64,000 nt of DNA, taken from assembly GCA_964016885.1 (NCBI GenBank), contig OZ024759.1:3844001-3908000 (forward strand), written 5' to 3'. The first letter of the stretch is position 1. Each line of letters opens with the position of its first letter. The stretch comes from Eledone cirrhosa. Its lineage: Eukaryota. The notes beneath the pieces are model-generated. The model was not told the origin of the DNA. It saw only the letters and a program-made list of their open reading frames with translations, and ran no database searches. Shown here piece by piece: positions 51,690-64,000 of the stretch. Position numbers and translations under genes: made by a program.

Positions 51690-52560
51690 ATATTAACTGA
51701 AATCACAGTTGAGGGAAATATAGAAGAATATTTTATAAGAAATATAATATAAAAAATATTACAAGAAAAACATCTGTATATTCTGTTGAAGAAGAAATCA
51801 TTATGCCAAATAAATTGACAAAGAAGATTAAATGTGTAACACAATCTAAAGTGTTTAGTATTGCTGGTGAGATGACAAAGGTTAGAGAAGAGAAGCCATA
51901 TCACTGTGATATCTGTGATAAATCATTCTCTCAAAGTGGTACCTTAACTACTCACAAACGTATACATACAGGAGACAAGCCATATCACTGTGATATCTGT
52001 GGTATATCATTCTCTGGGAAAAGTAGCCTAACTACTCACAAATGTATACATCATCATCATCATCATCATTTTACGTCCGCTTTTCCCTGCTTGCAGAAGA
52101 GAAATCATAATGCATTGACATCAGTGATAAATCCTTCTCTCAAATTTGTGAATTAATGAGAATACAAATACATATCATTGTAACATCTTAGGGAAATCCT
52201 TCTCTTTGAATGTTACATTAACTATACACACACATATACATACAGCTGGGAAGCCATATCACTTTGATATATTTGGTACATCATTCTCTAAATGTTGTGG
52301 CTTCACTAGACACCAACATCTACAGGAGAGGAACCATATCACTGTGATGTCTGTGATAAATCCTTCTCTAAATGTTGTGGTTTCACTAGACACCAACATA
52401 TACATACAGGAGAGGAACCATATCACTGTGATGTCTGTGATAAATCCTTCTCTAAATGTTGTGGTTTAATTAGACACTAACATATACAGGAGAGGAACTA
52501 TATCACTGTGATGTCTGTGGTACATCTTTCTCTTATAAAGATTACTTAATGCAACACAAT
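51690..52560 (+). pseudogene. Degenerate tandem C2H2 zinc-finger gene relic, interrupted by an RTE 3' tail (~52050-52095)
   Basis: [36 protein letters not shown]; later fingers frameshifted. Confidence 0.85.
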
Positions 52561-52654
52561 TAGATAAAAAGCATGTCACTCACCTAAAATAGTGCCATCA
52601 CAATGTTGTTAATATTTTGAATAAACCTGTTTTACTAAGAAATTCTCCTTTCAT

Positions 52655-53030
52655 TTTATGTCTGTACAATCACAGTCTTCTCTCTTACACACCACTTCAG
52701 CTCACTCTTAAACCCAGCTTCTTCTTGAACTTGTCCAAGCTCTCCCTTTCTCTCACACTTACACAACATATCCTACAAAGCATGGTTGTTTCATATCTCT
52801 CCAGTCTACATAACCTCTGCAGTCACAGCCCTTATTTCGTTACCATGCATCATTGCATATCACCCACATGTGTCATACAGTTGTCCTTTTGTACAGAGAG
52901 AGAGAAACTTTTTGTGGTCAACTGTTGCAGTAGCTCTCTAAACTTTTTCCATCCTATCCTTATTCTAGCTATACAACTTTCAGAGCAGCCCCCTCCACTT
53001 CTAATTAACTCACCTAGATTGCAAAATATA
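52655..53030 (-). mobile_element. Old RTE fragment
   Basis: GGGCSESCIARIRIGWKKFRELL. Confidence 0.75.
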
Positions 53031-53371
53031 TTTGTCAGCATACTTTATGAAGGGTCTGTTTGGAAGTGCCTCGCCTAATAAACAATGGTGCCATAACTGG
53101 ACTCAGAAACCAATGGTCACACATACATGGTAAGTTAGCTAAGAACGTAGGTTTTACATTGGTTCACTGCGCTGGAGAAGTAAGCAGCAATCACGTTTAG
53201 GAGACAAGCTCTATCAAATATTTAAAGGGTTCCATAGAAGCAGTTGACAGTTTCTGTTACCTGGGGTATCAAATAAGCAGTGGAGGTAGGTGTTCTGAAA
53301 GTACAGTAACAAGAGTAAGAACAAGATGGCAGAGGTTTAGGGTGTTACTACTGCTGCTAGCTACAAAAGGT

Positions 53372-54615
53372 TCATCATCATCATCATCATCACCGTTTTA
53401 CGTCCGTTCTTCCACGCTAGCATGGGTTAGACGGGTTGTCCTGTTGTGGGCAGTGTCTGGTCGGCTGACCATGCCTTGCTCATACAGGAACTGATCTGGC
53501 TTGATTTCTACAGCTGGATGCCCTTCCTAACACCAACCTCATTTACAGTGAGTGCTGGGTGCTTTTTCGTGGCGCCTACACGTCCACTTTACAGTGTGGG
53601 CTGGGTGCTTTTTTGCCGTGGCACCTCCACGACCACCTTGCGGTGGGGGGGGGGGGGGCATATTGTTTATATGCTTCAGCATGTACCCATGGGAGGTCGG
53701 GTACCCTGTATTACTGCGTGACGCCAGAAGTCACGGTCGTGTGTCATTGACTTTGAGAGGTGTAGTTGGGTAAGGTCGGCTTTTATCACCTCATCCCAAG
53801 TCATCTTGGGTCTCCCCACTCCGCGGTTTCCATCAACTTCTAGTGCTCTGCACCTTTTTATGCAGCTGTCATCCTTCATACGCATCACATGTCCATACCA
53901 GCGTAACCGCCTCTCCTGCACGCAGCATTTGATTCCTCTTATGCTCAGTCTCTCTCTCAATTCATTTATGCTTTGTCGTTCACGTATATTACTGTTACAC
54001 ATCCATCGGAGCATGCAGGCTTCGTTTCTCTCTAATCTACGTAAGTCTTCCACCTTCAGCGCCCAGGTCTCACTACCATGCAACATCGCTGTTCGGATAC
54101 ACGCATCATACAGTCTGCCTTTCATTCTGAGGGAGAAGCCTTTTGCAGCTAGCAGTGGTAGTAGTTCCCTAAACTTCTTCCATCCCGTTCTTACCCTAGT
54201 TATTGTACTTTCTGAGCACCCACCTCCGTTGCTAATTCGGTCACCTAGGTAGCAGAAGCTGTCTACTGTTTCTACAGGGCCCTCCCAGAGATTGGTGGTA
54301 CTTGTTTCCTGTGGCTGTTTGCTTGCTGTTTCAGCACAGCTGCTGCATGTGAATCCTACATTCTTAATTAAGCTTCCTGAGATCCCGCTACATCTCTTGT
54401 GTACCCATTGTTTGCATTTGGGGCAAAGAATGGAGTTCCTACCTACACCTTTCCTACATACTGAGCAAGGCCATTTCCCTGAGGGGATCTGGGTTCTGTT
54501 TTCTCGTCTACTTATAAGGACCTTAGTCTTTGTCATGTTGACTTTGAGGCCCTTTCTCTCTAGTCCCTGCTTCCAGGTTTGGAATTTATTCTCTAGTTCT
54601 ACCATAGATTCAGTT
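53372..54615 (-). mobile_element. Young 5'-truncated RTE LINE inserted into an older plus-strand RTE (53215-53371 and ~54618-55030)
   Basis: Open ORF 53676..54650; (TGA)n tail; the two flanks join into continuous ATKGF...TAMLH sequence. Confidence 0.88.
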
Positions 54616-56580
54616 GTTTCGCCAAATTGATGTGTGCATATAAACAGCAATGCTGCATTGCAGTGAGGACCCCAGAAGATTGGATAGAAATGAAGCTTGA
54701 ATTCTCCGATGGATGTGTAATATTAATATACATGAAGGGGAAAGTGTTAATAACCTGAGAGAGAACCTGGGCATGAGAGGGAAAAGATACAGTATGCAGG
54801 AGAGGAGATTGCTGTGGTATGGACATGTGATGTGTATGAAGGTAGAGATGCTGTATAAAAGGTTGACCACTTGAAATTGATGGAAGAGGAAGACCTAGGA
54901 ATGCTTGGGATGTGGAGGTAAAAACTGACCTGACACCATTGTACCTCTCAAAGGTGATGACACAGGATTGAAATCTCTGGCGTTATACAGTACTGCAGGA
55001 GACCTGCATTCCCATGTGCACGGGTTGACACAACATTTAGTGGTTTGAAGTATGCTCCAATTTTCCTCCCCTTCACATCTTAACACTCCACCCCCTTACC
55101 AGCTAAGTACACCACCCTGACCTACCTCTCCAATCCCCACTCTACATACACACAACCCCACCCCCACTTTCACATCTGATACACCTCTCTTGACCAACCC
55201 ATGTATACAAGTAAGGAAAGCTTAACATTATCTCCTCCAATGCTGCTGAAATGGCTAAAAGCCCTCAGGCAACCCTGTAAGGTGGTCATGCAAGTGTCAT
55301 GACAAAAGAGCACCAAGTCCTCTCTGTTAGGTAACATGACAAAAGAACACCTAACCCTCCCTGCAAGGTAGTCATGCTGATGACATGACAAATAAGCACC
55401 CAGTCCACCCTGTGAGGTAGACATGACAGAAGGCCCCTAGCCCACTCTGTAAAGTAGTCATGCTAGTGGCAAGACTGAAGGGACCCGAAGCACCCTTCAA
55501 AGTGATCAAATTGGTGACATGACTTGACACCATTTTTTAGTTTACTTCTAAAATATCTCATTTTTATTTTACTTCTAAAATATCTCATATATTTAAAAAT
55601 TACTTATTTTAAAAAATTATTATTTATTTCTTAAAAAAATTACTTTTTAAAGATTATTTAAAATTTTTTTATATTTTTTAATATTTTTTAAATATTTTTA
55701 AACATTTTAAATAGTTTAAGTACTTTTTAAGTATTTTATTTTGTTAAAAGGGTTTTTTGAGTATCTTCTGAGATTAAAAAAATTTTTTTTTTTATTTTTC
55801 CAGAAATGTTTTCCAGAACTTTTAATATTTTAATATTTTAAATATTTTTTAATTATTTAATATTAGAGTTATAACCAATAACTAATTCTGGCTATATATA
55901 TCTTTCAACATTTATATCTTCGTCAAAATGGTCTCTTACTAACTAATAAATAAACAAAGCTGGGTTTTTCAGTATCTTCCTAATTTAAAACATTAAAAAC
56001 ATATAAATAATCTTATTAACTCAGTTAATTTAATTACTTACACTAAATATAAACCAGTATCCCTCATAACTTATTAAAACAATTATCTATAACATGATAT
56101 AGCCATTTATCCACTCATATATCTATTCTTCTATCTATTGATTCTCCTATTTTCTACTTTATATCTATTTATTTTCAATTTATTATTCAATGTCTTTATA
56201 TATATTTATTTTTTCTATATATCTATTTTTCTATATACTTATAATAGTAAATATTATATTGTATTATATTAGAATTCTAACAATAATTAGTAAATATACG
56301 TAACATTAATATAAACGTAATACTTATTTACGTTACATGAGTTCATCCTCTATAAATGTCTTTCTTCTCTCTATCTCTCTATCTATCTCATAACAGTAAT
56401 TTTTTTCTCTCTCTTTCTTCTCTTTCTTCCCTATCTTTCCCCAGCGTAATTTAAATAAACGGTTGTTTTTTCAATTTTTCATACATTCATTTGCATATTC
56501 ACACATAACTTTGAATTACCCCTAATAAGTTTCCCCTATCCAGCGAATTTCCGACCGTTATTTATAAAACAAATTTTGTA

Positions 56581-56641
56581 TTTTATCTGATGAAAGAGCA
56601 CCAAGATTGACTTGGTCGCCCTTGAAATATATATAATAAAA
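56581..56641 (+). ncRNA. Type I hammerhead ribozyme
   Basis: TTTTAT-CTGATGA-AAGaGC ACCAAG attga CTTGGT cGCcCTT-GAAAT ATAT ATA-ATAAAA. Confidence 0.8.
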
Positions 56642-57742
56642 TAAATATGCAAAAGTTCTATTTAAATTGTTGGGATACAACAAGCAAATATGTTTATAAC
56701 TGATATAAAGCACTCAACAAGTATTTGGAATAAACATACGATATTAACAATCCTTTTGTATTTTATGTACTCAATTATACGATGTACTATATTGATTTAT
56801 ACTTCTCTCTATATGTGAGTATATATGTATATGTGTATATTGACATACATGTACATGTGTTCTATGCATTTTTATGAATATATGTCTGTCTGTATGTATG
56901 CATGCGTGACGCGAATCTACCAATTTGCCGAGGATGCACACACATGTATATATATGTATATGTAAGAATTGTGTGTGTACATGTACATGTATACCCATAC
57001 AATTTGATTGCAGATAGACATAACTAACAGCCATAAATGCATAACAGCTAATCTTATATATTTATATATATATATTAAAAAAAATTTGTTATAAAAAATA
57101 TTTTATTTAATAACACAAAGGATGGATAACATTAAATTAAAAATTCATTTATGCTTTGTATGTATATATTATATACGTGGTTAGATATGGTGTGTATTTT
57201 GTGAGTGTGTGTATATATATATATTTATGTGTATTTTTGCGTGTGTGTACGTGTTATATGATATGTAGTTCTCTAGCAATATATAGATTTCTTAATGTTT
57301 AGATTCCAATTTTTAATATATTGATCTCAATTTTTAAACTAAATATCTAATCATAGTTAAACAATGATTAATTTCTCATATTATGTATGTATATTCCATT
57401 CATGATTATTAATATTTCTAATTTTATTTATTCATTTCATCTCAATTGTTAAGTTAACTTAATATGACATGACTTAATGTGTTCATTCTTTCCCCCTCTC
57501 TCTATCTCTATATTTTTGTCTCTGTCTGGTGTTTTGATATATCTCTCTCGTTTTTCTCTCCTTTTTCTTTCTTTCTTTCTCCCTTTTCTCTCTCTCCGTC
57601 TTTTTCCTTATCTGTAACACTACGACTTATTTTAAAAATACTAATATAAGTAAACAACTCCACTATCCCTGAGTCTTCCAAAAGTAACGGTTGCATTTTG
57701 TAAGGGTATGTCAATATTTATTTATAAAACTGTTATATATTG

Positions 57743-57807
57743 TATTTTGTCTGATGAAAGCATACCATAATTTAACATGGTATCCTTGAAATATGTATAA
57801 TGAAATA
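57743..57807 (+). ncRNA. Type I hammerhead ribozyme (paralog of 56581)
   Basis: TATTTTGT-CTGATGA-AAGcATACCAT[loop]ATGGTATcCTT-GAAAT ATGT ATA-ATGAAATA. Confidence 0.8.
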
Positions 57808-57874
57808 GATATGGTTTTATAAATATAGTTTCCATTTGTTAATATCGTATAATAAAATAAATATAGTTTTATAA

Positions 57875-58255
57875 ATCATCATCACCGTTTTACGTCCGTT
57901 CTTCCATGCTAGCATGGGTTAGACGGGTTGTCCTGTTGTGGGCAGTGTCTGGTCGGCTGACCATGCCTTGCTCATACAGGAACTGATTTTGGCTTTTCTA
58001 TAGCCGGATGCCCTTCCTAACACCAACCTCATTTACAGTGAGTGTTGCGTGCTTTTTTCCGTGGCACCTATGCGTCCACTTTACAGTGTGGGCTGGGTGC
58101 TTTTTTTGTGTGGCACCTCCACGACCACTTTGCAGTGGGAGGGTGTGGGGGCATATTGTCTATATGCTTCAGCTTGAACCCATGGGAGGTCGGGTACTCT
58201 GTATTACTGCGTGATGCCAGAGGTCACGGTCGTGTGTCATCGCCTTTGAGAGGTG
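57875..58255 (-). mobile_element. RTE LINE 3' end
   Basis: Homologous to 53385-53762. Confidence 0.85.
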
Positions 58256-58517
58256 TGTGTTTATATATATATATATATACAAATAAATTATCGAGAATCG
58301 GAATCTCGGCCCATGAAATAATGAAACACAATCAAAGTGCTCAATAGTTTGGATAAACCAGAGCTATAACTAACGTTTAAATACCAACACACTGAGATAA
58401 TGCTTAAAATCATTCGCACAGCCGAAAAAAACGACCAAGAAAATTCGGGTCAGACAAATAATAAATATATATATATATATTTTTTCTTTTAACATATATG
58501 TGTATATAAAATATATA

Positions 58518-58592
58518 CAGGGTCTCCCCAAAAATGTATACACACTTCAACTACAGTCTATGTAAGTGTGTATACATTTTGGGGGGACACTG
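58518..58592. mobile_element. 75-bp Tc1/mariner MITE
   Basis: TA-CAGGGTCTCCCCAAAAATGTATACACACTT ... AAGTGTGTATACATTTTGGGGGGACACTG-TA. Confidence 0.85.
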
Positions 58593-59051
58593 TAATATAC
58601 ATATCATTAAACGTATCTCCTACATGTGTATAAATAAATATACATGTATTTAATTAACAATTTTCTGTAGAATCTGTTAAACATGGAAGAAAATGTGGAG
58701 ACTAAATAAAATTAACGTGTTGGTCACATTAACTTAATAATATAACTATATATTAATGAAATATGTCGAAATAAAAGTTGTAATTGTGACAAAAATATTG
58801 AGTTGGTAGTTTATTATGACCAAGACTACTCATTATCCCACTACATATTTTGTATACTATATATATACTGTATATATACAGTTTATATATATATACACAC
58901 ACACATATAATTGCGTATTCACACATTATCTTAGTAATGAAATAATAATTTTAGTAAATTGTTCACCAGGCAATTCCTTCCTCAATCATTACATAGATGT
59001 GTGTATGCAATAAATATTTTGTATTGTGTGTCTATTTAGAAATATGTATGT

Positions 59052-62000
59052 GTAGATGTGTGTGTGTGTGTAACACAGTAGATGTGTGTGTATGTAACAC
59101 AATAGATGTGTGTGTATGTAACCCAGTAGATGTGTGTGTATGTAACTCAGCAGATGTGTGTGTGTAACACAGTAGATGTGTGTGTATGTAACTCAGCAGA
59201 TGTGTGTGTATGTAACACAGTAGATGTGTGTGTGTGTGTAACACAGTATATGTATGTGTATGTAACACACTAGATGTGTGTGTATATATAACACAGTAGA
59301 TGTGTATGTAACACAGTAGATGTGTATATATAACACAGTAGATGTGTGTATATGTAACACAGTAGATGTGTATATATAACACAGTAGATGTGTATGTAAC
59401 ACAGATATGTATATATAACACAGTAGATGTGTGTGTATGTAACACAGATGTGTGTGTATGTAACAAGTAGATGTGTGTATGTAACACAGTAGATGTGTAT
59501 ATATAACATAGTAGATGTGTGTGTATGTAACACAGATGTGTGTATGTAACTCAGCAGATGTGTGTGTGTAACACAGTAGATGTGTGTGTATGTAACTCAG
59601 CAGATGTGTGTGTATGTAACACAGTAGATGTGTGTGTATGTAACACAGTAGATGTGTGTGTAACACAGTATGTGTATGTAACACACTAGATGTATGTGTA
59701 TATATAACACAGTAGATGTGTATGTAACACAGTAGATGTGTATATATAACACAGTAGATGTGTGTATATGTAACACAGTAGATGTGTATATATAACACAG
59801 TAGATGTGTATGTAACACAGTAGATGTGTATATATAACACAGTAGATGTGTGTATGTAACACAGTAGATGTTTATGTAACACAGTAGATGTGTATATATA
59901 CCATAGTAGATGTGTGTGTATGTAACACAGATGTGTGTATGTAACTCAGCTGATGTGTGTGTAACACAGTAGATGTGTGTGTATGTAACTCAGCAGATGT
60001 GTGTGTAACTCAGCAGATGTATGTGTATGTAACACAGTAGATGTGTGTGTGTGTAACACAGTATGTGTATGTAACACACTAGATATGTGTGTATATATAA
60101 CACAGTAGATGTGTATGTAACACAGTAGATGTGTATATATAACACAGTAGATGTGTGTATATGTAACACAGTAGATGTGTATGTAACACAGTAGATGTGT
60201 ATATATAACACAGTAGATGTGTGTGTATGTAACAAGTAGATGTGTGTATGTAACACAGTAGATGTGTATGTGTAACACAGTAGATGTGTATATATAACAC
60301 AGTAGATGTGTGTGTATGTAACACAGATGTGTGTGTATGTAACAAGTAGATGTGTGTATGTAACACAGCAGATGTGTGTGTGTAACACAGTAGATGTGTG
60401 TGTATGTAACTCAGCAGATGTGTGTGTATGTAACAAGTAGATGTGTGTATGTAACACTGTAGATGTGTATGTAACACAGTAGATGTGTATATATAACATA
60501 GTAGATGTGTGTGTATGTAACACAGATGTGTGTATGTAACTCAGCAGATGTGTGTGTGTAACACAGTAGATGTGTGTGTATGTAACTCAGCAGATGTGTG
60601 TGTATGTAACACAGATGTGTGTGTGTGTGTGTGTAACACAGTATGTGTATGTAACACACTAGATGTGTGTGTATATATAACACAGTAGATGTGTGTGTAT
60701 ATATAACACAGTAGATGTGTATGTAACACAGTAGATGTGTATATATAACACAGTAGATGTGTGTATATATAACACAGTAGATGTGTATGTAACACAGTAG
60801 ATGTGTATATATAACACAGTAGATGTGTGTATATGTAACACAGTAGATGTGTATATATAACACAGTAGATGTGTATATATAACACAGTAGATGTGTGTAT
60901 ATGTAACACAGTAGATGTGTATATATAACACAGTAGATGTGTATGTAACACAGTAGATGTGTATATATAACACAGTAGATGTGTGTATATGTAACACAGT
61001 AGATGTGTATATATAACACAGTAGATGTGTATGTAACACAGTAGATGTGTATATATAACACAGTAGATGTGTGTATGTAACACAGTAGATGTGTATGTAA
61101 CACAGTAGATGTGTATATATACCATAGTAGATGTGTGTGTATGTAACACAGATGTGTGTATGTAACTCAGCAGATGTGTGTGTGTAACACAGATGTGTGT
61201 GTATGTAACTCAGCAGATGTGTGTGTATGTAACTCAGCAGATGTATGTGTATGTAACACAGTAGATGTGTGTGTGTGTAACACAGTATGTGTATGTAACA
61301 CACTAGATATGTGTGTATATATAACACAGTAGATGTGTATGTAACACAGTAGATGTGTATATGTAACACAGTAGATGTGTGTATATGTAACACAGTAGAT
61401 GTGTATATATAACACAGTAGATGTGTATGTAACACAGTAGATGTGTATATATAACACAGTAGATGTGTGTGTATGTAACACAGATGTGTGTGTATGTAAC
61501 AAGTAGATGTGTGTATGTAACACAGTAGATGTGTATGTGTAACACAGTAGATGTGTATATATAACACAGTAGATGTGTGTGTATGTAACACAGATGTGTG
61601 TGTATGTAACAAGTAGATGTGTGTATGTAACACAGCAGATGTGTGTGTAACACAGTAGATGTGTGTGTATGTAACTCAGCAGATGTGTGTGTATGTAACA
61701 AGTAGATGTGTGTATGTAACACTGTAGATGTGTATGTAACACAGTAGATGTGTATATATAACATAGTAGATGTGTGTATGTAACTCAGCAGATGTGTGTG
61801 TGTAACACAGTAGATGTGTGTGTATGTAACTCAGCAGATGTGTGTGTATGTAACACAGTAGATGTGTGTGTGTAACACAGTATCAGTATGTAACACACTA
61901 GATGTGTGTGTATATATAACACAGTAGATGTGTGTGTATATATAACACAGTAGATTTGTGTGTGTGTGTAACACAGTATGTGTATGTAACACACTAGATG

Positions 62001-63912
62001 TGTGTGTATATATAACACAGTAGATGTGTATGTAACACAGTAGATGTGTATATATAACACAGTAGATGTGTGTATATATAACACAGTAGATGTGTATGTA
62101 ACACAGTAGATGTGTATATATAACACAGTAGATGTGTGTATATGTAACACAGTAGATGTGTATATATAACACAGTAGATGTGTATGTAACACAGTAGATG
62201 TGTATATATAACACAGTAGATGTGTGTGTATGTAACACAGATGTGTGTGTATGTAACAAGTAGATGTGTGTATGTAACACAGTAGATGTGTATGTAACAC
62301 AGTAGATGTGTATATATACCATAGTAGATGTGTGTGTATGTAACACAGATGTGTGTATGTAACTCAGCAGATGTGTGTGTGTAATACAGTAGATGTGTGT
62401 GTATGTAACTCAGCAGATGTGTGTGTATGTAACTCAGCAGATGTGTGTGTATGTAACACAGTAGATGTGTGTGTGTGTGTAACACAGTATGTGTATGTAA
62501 CACACTAGATGTGTGTGTATATATAACACAGTAGATGTGTATGTAACACAGTAGATGTGTATATATAACACAGTAGATGTGTGTATATGTAACACAGTAG
62601 ATGTGTATATATAACACAGTAGATGTGTATGTAACACAGTAGATGTGTATATATAACACAGTAGATGTGTGTGTATGTAACACAGATGTGTGTGTATGTA
62701 ACAAGTAGATGTGTGTATGTAACACAGTAGATGTGTATGTGTAACACAGTAGATGTGTATATATAACACAGTAGATGTGTGTGTATGTAACACAGATGTG
62801 TGTGTATGTAACAAGTAGATGTGTGTATGTAACACAGCAGATGTGTGTGTGTAACACAGTAGATGTGTGTGTATCAACTCAGCAGATGTGTGTGTATGTA
62901 ACAAGTAGATGTGTGTATGTAACACAGTAGATGTGTATGTAACACAGTAGATGTGTATATATAACATAGTAGATGTGTGTGTATGTAACACAGATGTGTG
63001 TATGTAACTCAGCAGATGTGTGTGTGTAACACAGTAGATGTGTGTGTATGTAACTCAGCAGATGTGTGTGTATGTAACACAGATGTGTGTATGTAACTCA
63101 GCAGATGTGTGTGTGTAACACACTAGATGTGTGTGTATATATAACACAGTAGATGTGTGTGTATATATAACACAGTAGATGTGTGTGTGTGTGTAACACA
63201 GTATGTGTATGTAACACACTAGATGTGTGTGTATATATAACACAGTAGATGTGTATGTAACACAGTAGATGTGTATATATAACACAGTAGATGTGTGTAT
63301 ATGTAACACAGTAGATGTGTGTATGTAACACAGTAGATGTGTATGTAACACAGTAGATGTGTATATATAACATAGTAGATGTGTGTGTATGTAACACAGA
63401 TGTGTGTATGTAACTCAGCAGATGTGTGTATGTAACACAGTAGATGTGTGTGTATGTAACTCAGCAGATGTGTGTGTATGTAACACAGTAGATGTGTGTG
63501 TGTGTAACACAGTATGTGTATGTAACACACTAGATGTGTGTGTATATATAACACAGTAGATGTGTATATATAACACATTAGATGTGTGTATATGTAACAC
63601 AGTAGATGTGTATATATAACACAGTAGATGTGTGTATGTAACAGATGTGTGTGTATGTAACACAGTACATGTGTGTATGTAACACAGTAGATGTGTATGT
63701 AACACAGTAGATGTGTATATATAACACAGTAGATGTGTGTATATATAACACAGTAGATGTGTGTGTATGTAACACAGTAGATGTGTGTATGTAACAGTAT
63801 ATGTATGTGTATGTAACACACTAGATGTGTGTGTATATGTAACACAGTAGATCTGTGTGTATGTAACACAGTAGATGTATGTATGTAACACAGTAGATGT
63901 GTGTGTATGTAA
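59052..63912. repeat. Large minisatellite (TAACACAGTAGAT(GT)n family) with higher-order blocks
   Basis: Direct reading; flanks homologous to those of 4104-5457. Confidence 0.95.
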
Positions 63913-64000
63913 CTAAAGTGTAACGTACGTTACGAATGGACAACTAAAAGATTTTAACTTGTTTTTTAACAATTCATGGTGGAAAAAAATTTTAGTTGTC

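Overview
Repeat-dominated animal genomic DNA. The (TA)n/(TG)n tracts, CORE- and Meta-domain tRNA SINEs, RTE LINEs with (GAT)n tails and C2H2-ZNF relic point to a coleoid cephalopod, probably an octopus (inference). One host gene runs on the minus strand as at least 8 phase-1 exons (33764 to 13117). It encodes laminin/MEGF-type EGF repeats plus a divergent F-type lectin (fucolectin/FTP-like) domain. One of its donor sites reads C|ATAAGT instead of C|GTAAGT. Mobile elements include a near-full-length Tx1/L1-clade LINE nested in a 72-bp satellite that itself sits inside a TTAA-flanked MITE, a near-full-length RTE LINE and many fragments, an internally deleted Gypsy LTR element with a tRNA-Trp PBS, a Penelope GIY-YIG element with an inverted pLTR, and hAT, Tc1/mariner and piggyBac-like MITEs. 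Several satellites are present, one derived from RTE coding sequence. The main hidden layer is a set of seven type I hammerhead ribozyme motifs found by eye: 3372, 10944, 17270, 33922, 39638, 56581 and 57743. They include a U3-A8 covariant pair in the Penelope pLTR and a tandem pair delimiting a 1164-nt retrozyme-like unit. Most long ORFs in the ORF track are artefacts of simple repeats. Repeat boundaries are approximate.
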